A stretch of DNA of 36,216 nucleotides, from contig JBKSMR010000031.1 in NCBI GenBank assembly GCA_046881895.1, positions 1-36,216 on the forward strand, in the 5' to 3' direction. This document shows, piece after piece, positions 33,215 through 36,216 of the stretch; the stretch's first letter is position 1, and the number at the start of each line of letters is the position of its first letter. The position numbers were made by a program, and so were the translations under genes. The notes under the pieces are model-generated. The model saw only the letters and a program-made list of their open reading frames with translations. It searched no databases and was not told the origin of the DNA. The DNA is from Alphaproteobacteria bacterium (GTDB lineage: Bacteria; Pseudomonadota; Alphaproteobacteria; Rs-D84).

Positions 33215-33608
33215 ATTTTACAACTGTTGTGGCGTTTCTGTTTTTTGCCCAGACTTTTTCGCCTGTACCCTTGTATATTGGGTTTTCTTTGCCATAAGAG
33301 ATTGTTTTGATACGTTTTGGTTCAATGTCATTGCGGATTAAAACGTGTGCTGCATTACCGGCACGCAATGCACCCAATGCCAAGTTATATTCTGTAGAGC
33401 CACGTTCGTCACAGCGACCCTGAATTGTAACATTAACGTCTGGATTGGTTTTTAAATATAATGCCTGAGATTCTAAATCTTCGCGTGCGTCATCAGAAAT
33501 TTTTGCAGAATCAAATGCAAAGAAAACCTGATCGCCATCTATGTTTGATGGAATGTTTGTACATGCAGCCATTGTCAAAGCCAGCACAAATAAAATAAAT
33601 TTTTTCAT
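33213..33608 (-). CDS. pal: Peptidoglycan-associated lipoprotein Pal
   Basis: The track ORF extends to 33644. I prefer ATG 33608 (MKKFILFVLALTMAAC, a lipobox). The OmpA-like domain reads VFFAFDSAKISDDARE...QGRCDERGSTEYNLALGALRAGNAAHVL. Confidence 0.88.
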   Translation of the reverse strand: MKKFILFVLALTMAACTNIPSNIDGDQVFFAFDSAKISDDAREDLESQALYLKTNPDVNVTIQGRCDERGSTEYNLALGALRAGNAAHVLIRNDIEPKRIKTISYGKENPIYKGTGEKVWAKNRNATTVVK

Positions 33609-33752
33609 GGTGTTTTTCCCTTCTATGTATAAAAGCTTATACATATATTAAACAACTTTTTTGTTGCTGTGTCAATAAATCATTTTTTTTATCGCTTGGA
33701 ATAGGGGGTGAAATATGATATACTCTGTACATAAAAGGAAAGGATTTATATC

Positions 33753-34460
33753 ATGAAAAAAATAGTATCTTTGGCCGTATTGGCTGCATTGACAACAACT
33801 GTGGCAGATGCTGCCCCAAGTTATATTAAACGTGACGCCAAGGGCGGTTATGATGTAACATATGATTATACTGACAAGGCTAAAAATGGATGGTATGTTG
33901 GTGGACATGTTGCATTGAATATTGCAAGTTGGGAAAATGAATATGACACAAATGCACCAAAAGTATTTTCAAATGATTCATATACAGAATTCTTGTTTGG
34001 TGGCGATTTATTTGTTGGTAAAACATTTAATTATTTTTGGCGTGCAGAAGTAGAAGGTGGCTTGCTGGGACAGTTTGAAGATGAATATTCTGGCACAACA
34101 TTCAAAATGACAATTCCATATTTGATGGCAAATGGTTATTATGACTTTGCAAATGGTTTGTATGTTGGTGCAGGTGTTGGTATTGCAATGCCAAAGACAG
34201 AATTAACAGGTTTACGCTTTAATGGTGGTGACACATCTGAACAAACAGTTTCTCCAATGGTGGGTATTATGTTGGGTTATACATATGAACTGGATTATAA
34301 TTTAACATTAGATTTGCGTTATCGTTTGTCTGGTTTGATGGGCAATAAATTGGAACGCACGTATGAAGACAAAGACGATATGAATACATATAATATCAGC
34401 AATGATATTGGTTTGATATTGGATAACTCGGTATCTGTCGGTATCAGATATAATTTCTAA
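33753..34460 (+). CDS. Small outer-membrane beta-barrel protein (OmpA-like/Omp25-type barrel family)
   Basis: 235 aa. The signal peptide is MKKIVSLAVLAALTTTVADA. It has alternating aromatic/Gly-rich strands and the terminal beta-signal VSVGIRYNF. Confidence 0.72.
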   Translation: MKKIVSLAVLAALTTTVADAAPSYIKRDAKGGYDVTYDYTDKAKNGWYVGGHVALNIASWENEYDTNAPKVFSNDSYTEFLFGGDLFVGKTFNYFWRAEVEGGLLGQFEDEYSGTTFKMTIPYLMANGYYDFANGLYVGAGVGIAMPKTELTGLRFNGGDTSEQTVSPMVGIMLGYTYELDYNLTLDLRYRLSGLMGNKLERTYEDKDDMNTYNISNDIGLILDNSVSVGIRYNF

Positions 34461-34538
34461 AAAAAGTTAGGAAAAAATAAAAAAGGGCTTTTTTGGAACA
34501 TGAAAATATGATATAGTGTTACCAAGTGGAGAGAAGAT

Positions 34539-35570
34539 ATGAAAAAAGAATTCAAACTTGTATCAGCGTCAGTTATCGGATTGGTATGTGCATCGTTAAT
34601 GACACCATCGTTCGCTGCGTCATCTGTACGTTCGTTGGGTGGTGCAGGTACTTATACAGGCACAACATCTGCAAGTCAGGCGGCAAGTGCGACCAAGGCA
34701 ACAACTGCAGCACGTGCGGGTTCAATTCGTGTGGATGGTTCTACACGTGTAAATAGTGGTTCGTCATTACGTACACCATCGACACGCTCTGCAACGGCAC
34801 CACGTTTGTCAATTGGTAAATATTTATCTGCAAACAGTTCTGTGGGTACTGGCGGCAAGATAGATGCAGAATTATCAACCAATGTTGGTAATTTGGGCAA
34901 CAGTGTTGGTAAATTGGACGAAACTGTTACAGATATAAAGGGCGATTTGACAATTTTACAAGAACAGGTAAACAATTTTGATATCGATGCTTTAAGGGGT
35001 GATATTCAAAACTTGGTTGATGCAAAGGTTGTTTTATCGTATGACAAAGAAGGTGGAATCTTGACGATTGAACACGAAGGTCATACGGATGAAGTTTCAA
35101 TCTTTGATCAAGAAAAGGCAGATGCGATTATTAACAACTTGATTTCAAGTGAATTGTCCAAGGTTCAAGAAAAGGTTGCAGGCGTCGAAGAAAAAGTTGC
35201 CGGTGTCGAAGGTAAATTCGCAGGCGTCGAAGCGGAAATTGCAGCTGTAAAAAAACAGGTTGGCGATTTGGATATTCCAGAAGTTCCTGAATACACTGCT
35301 GGTAATTTGATTGATATAACAAATAATAAGGTTTCTGCAAAAATAGTTGGTGCATTGACTGGTGCGTTGAATCAAGAAGAAGGCTTGGTAACAGCGACGC
35401 AAGTTGTAAACTATGCAATTCCAAGACCAGGTGCAGGTCAATGTGATACGCCATCTAAAACATGTGTTCTTTCTGTAAAGAACGATGGTCAATTGTATTG
35501 GCTGGAATTGGTTGATACAGAAACGGAAGGCAATTCGGGTAACGGGACAGATGATCCTGTAACCGAATAA
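34539..35570 (+). CDS. Secreted/surface protein with a Ser/Thr/Ala/Arg-rich N-region and a coiled-coil heptad repeat
   Basis: 343 aa. The signal peptide ends in SFAAS. There is a low-complexity region (TSASQAASATKATTAARAGSIRVDGSTR...) and the repeats EKVAGVE-EKVAGVE-GKFAGVE-AEIAAVK. Confidence 0.6.
   Translation: MKKEFKLVSASVIGLVCASLMTPSFAASSVRSLGGAGTYTGTTSASQAASATKATTAARAGSIRVDGSTRVNSGSSLRTPSTRSATAPRLSIGKYLSANSSVGTGGKIDAELSTNVGNLGNSVGKLDETVTDIKGDLTILQEQVNNFDIDALRGDIQNLVDAKVVLSYDKEGGILTIEHEGHTDEVSIFDQEKADAIINNLISSELSKVQEKVAGVEEKVAGVEGKFAGVEAEIAAVKKQVGDLDIPEVPEYTAGNLIDITNNKVSAKIVGALTGALNQEEGLVTATQVVNYAIPRPGAGQCDTPSKTCVLSVKNDGQLYWLELVDTETEGNSGNGTDDPVTE
35169..35252 (+). repeat. Four 21-nt in-frame tandem repeats encoding xKxAGVE heptads
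   Basis: GAAAAGGTTGCAGGCGTCGAA / GAAAAAGTTGCCGGTGTCGAA / GGTAAATTCGCAGGCGTCGAA / GCGGAAATTGCAGCTGTAAAA. Confidence 0.8.
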
Positions 35571-35621
35571 GATTCAAAAGATACGGACAGGATTAAATAT
35601 TGTCTGTAAAGGGTGAATAAA

Positions 35622-35648
35622 ACAACAAAAACAACAAAAACAACAAAA
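35622..35648 (+). repeat. Perfect 9-nt tandem repeat (ACAACAAAA) x3 in the leader of the last gene
   Basis: ACAACAAAAACAACAAAAACAACAAAA, ending 19 nt upstream of ATG 35668. Confidence 0.85.
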
Positions 35649-35667
35649 CGAAAGAAAGGAAAAAACA

Positions 35668-36216
35668 ATGAAAAAACTTACAGCAGGCATTTTTGCTACA
35701 ATCTTGGGCGTAACAGCAATGGGTGCAGCAGACGCTGCGATTCCATCCAAAGGCTATGTTGATACAGCAGTTAAAGGCGTTGCAGACAGCGTATCAACAT
35801 TGGGCACAACAGTATCAAATACTTATGCAACAAAAGCAGAATTGACAAGTGAAGCAAATGCACGTTCAGGAGCAGATACAACATTGCAGCAAAATATTAA
35901 TACGTTGGCAGGAAGTGTTTATAAGAAAACAGAAACATATTCTCAGGCTGAAGTTGATGCTTTGGTTGAAGGTGTTGACGGTGCAACCGCGATCCAAGGT
36001 ATAAACAATGAAATTACTTTGATTAAGCAAGAACAAGAAACACAAAATACAAATATTACTAATTTGCAGAATGATAAAGTTAGTACAACAACATTGAATA
36101 CAACATTGGCTGACTATGCAAAAACAACAGCGTTGGAGCCATATGCAAAAACAGCAGATGTAAATGCCGAATTGGCATTGAAAGCAACAAAAACTGAATT
36201 GGCAGATTATGCAAAA
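35668..36216 (+). CDS. Surface repeat/coiled-coil protein, C-terminus cut by the window edge (absent from the ORF track)
   Basis: ATG 35668 follows AAAGGAAAAAAC. My translation reads MKKLTAGIFATILGVTAMGAADAAIPSKGYVDTAVKGVADSVSTLGTTVSNTYATKAELTSEANARSGADTTLQQNINTL...ADYAKTTALEPYAKTADVNAELALKATKTELADYAK. The frame is open to the window end. It has a signal peptide and reiterated YAKT/ATK.EL motifs typical of fibrous adhesin or tail-fibre-like proteins. Confidence 0.6.
   Translation, partial: MKKLTAGIFATILGVTAMGAADAAIPSKGYVDTAVKGVADSVSTLGTTVSNTYATKAELTSEANARSGADTTLQQNINTLAGSVYKKTETYSQAEVDALVEGVDGATAIQGINNEITLIKQEQETQNTNITNLQNDKVSTTTLNTTLADYAKTTALEPYAKTADVNAELALKATKTELADYAK

Noticed and set aside
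1-36216. A prophage, integrative element or IS within the window.
   Set aside because: No integrase, transposase, recombinase, phage structural genes or tRNA attachment sites are visible. The only accessory-looking block (24244-26290) has no recognisable mobility gene or flanking direct repeats.

Overview
Visibly AT-rich chromosomal segment from a Gram-negative bacterium. It is probably a reduced-genome alphaproteobacterium: uvrC-pgsA are adjacent, the topoisomerase B subunit is short and ParE-like, and TolB, Pal, AsmA and FtsEX are present. That placement is inference only. About 35 protein-coding genes are supported, mostly housekeeping: sufB, sufC, rpsT, plsY, dprA, dnaA, parE, dnaJ, pgsA, uvrC, rluC-like, asmA-like, dnaN, ppa, efp, fba, tolB, ftsE, ftsX, plsC and pal. 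Nearly every convergent or co-directional gene boundary has a clean rho-independent terminator. I found no rRNA, tRNA, CRISPR array, transposase or integrase. Several things go beyond routine annotation. (1) An intergenic repeat family (5721-5827 and 22785-23000) has an invariant 22-nt apical core and invariant flanks, but its 18-19 bp self-complementary stems differ completely between copies, and it overlaps gene stop codons. (2) A 7-nt tandem tract (23078-23135) has a core decamer that recurs upstream of ftsE. (3) Surface-machinery genes are scattered and orphaned: a TcpQ-like gene plus a lipoprotein secretin (3146-5722), a type IVb-like pilin (16725-17189) and a VirB2/TrbC-like pilin (24690-25058). 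(4) A small accessory island pairs a BrnA-like RHH antitoxin with a DinD-like protein (25083-26290), preceded by a repeat-rich operator region. (5) An ABC exporter is interrupted by one in-frame TAG. (6) A 471-bp non-coding region lies upstream of a divergent dnaA. (7) Canonical operons are broadly fragmented (tol-pal, dnaA-dnaN, dnaK-dnaJ, suf). All functional calls rest on motif recognition by eye, with no database search.
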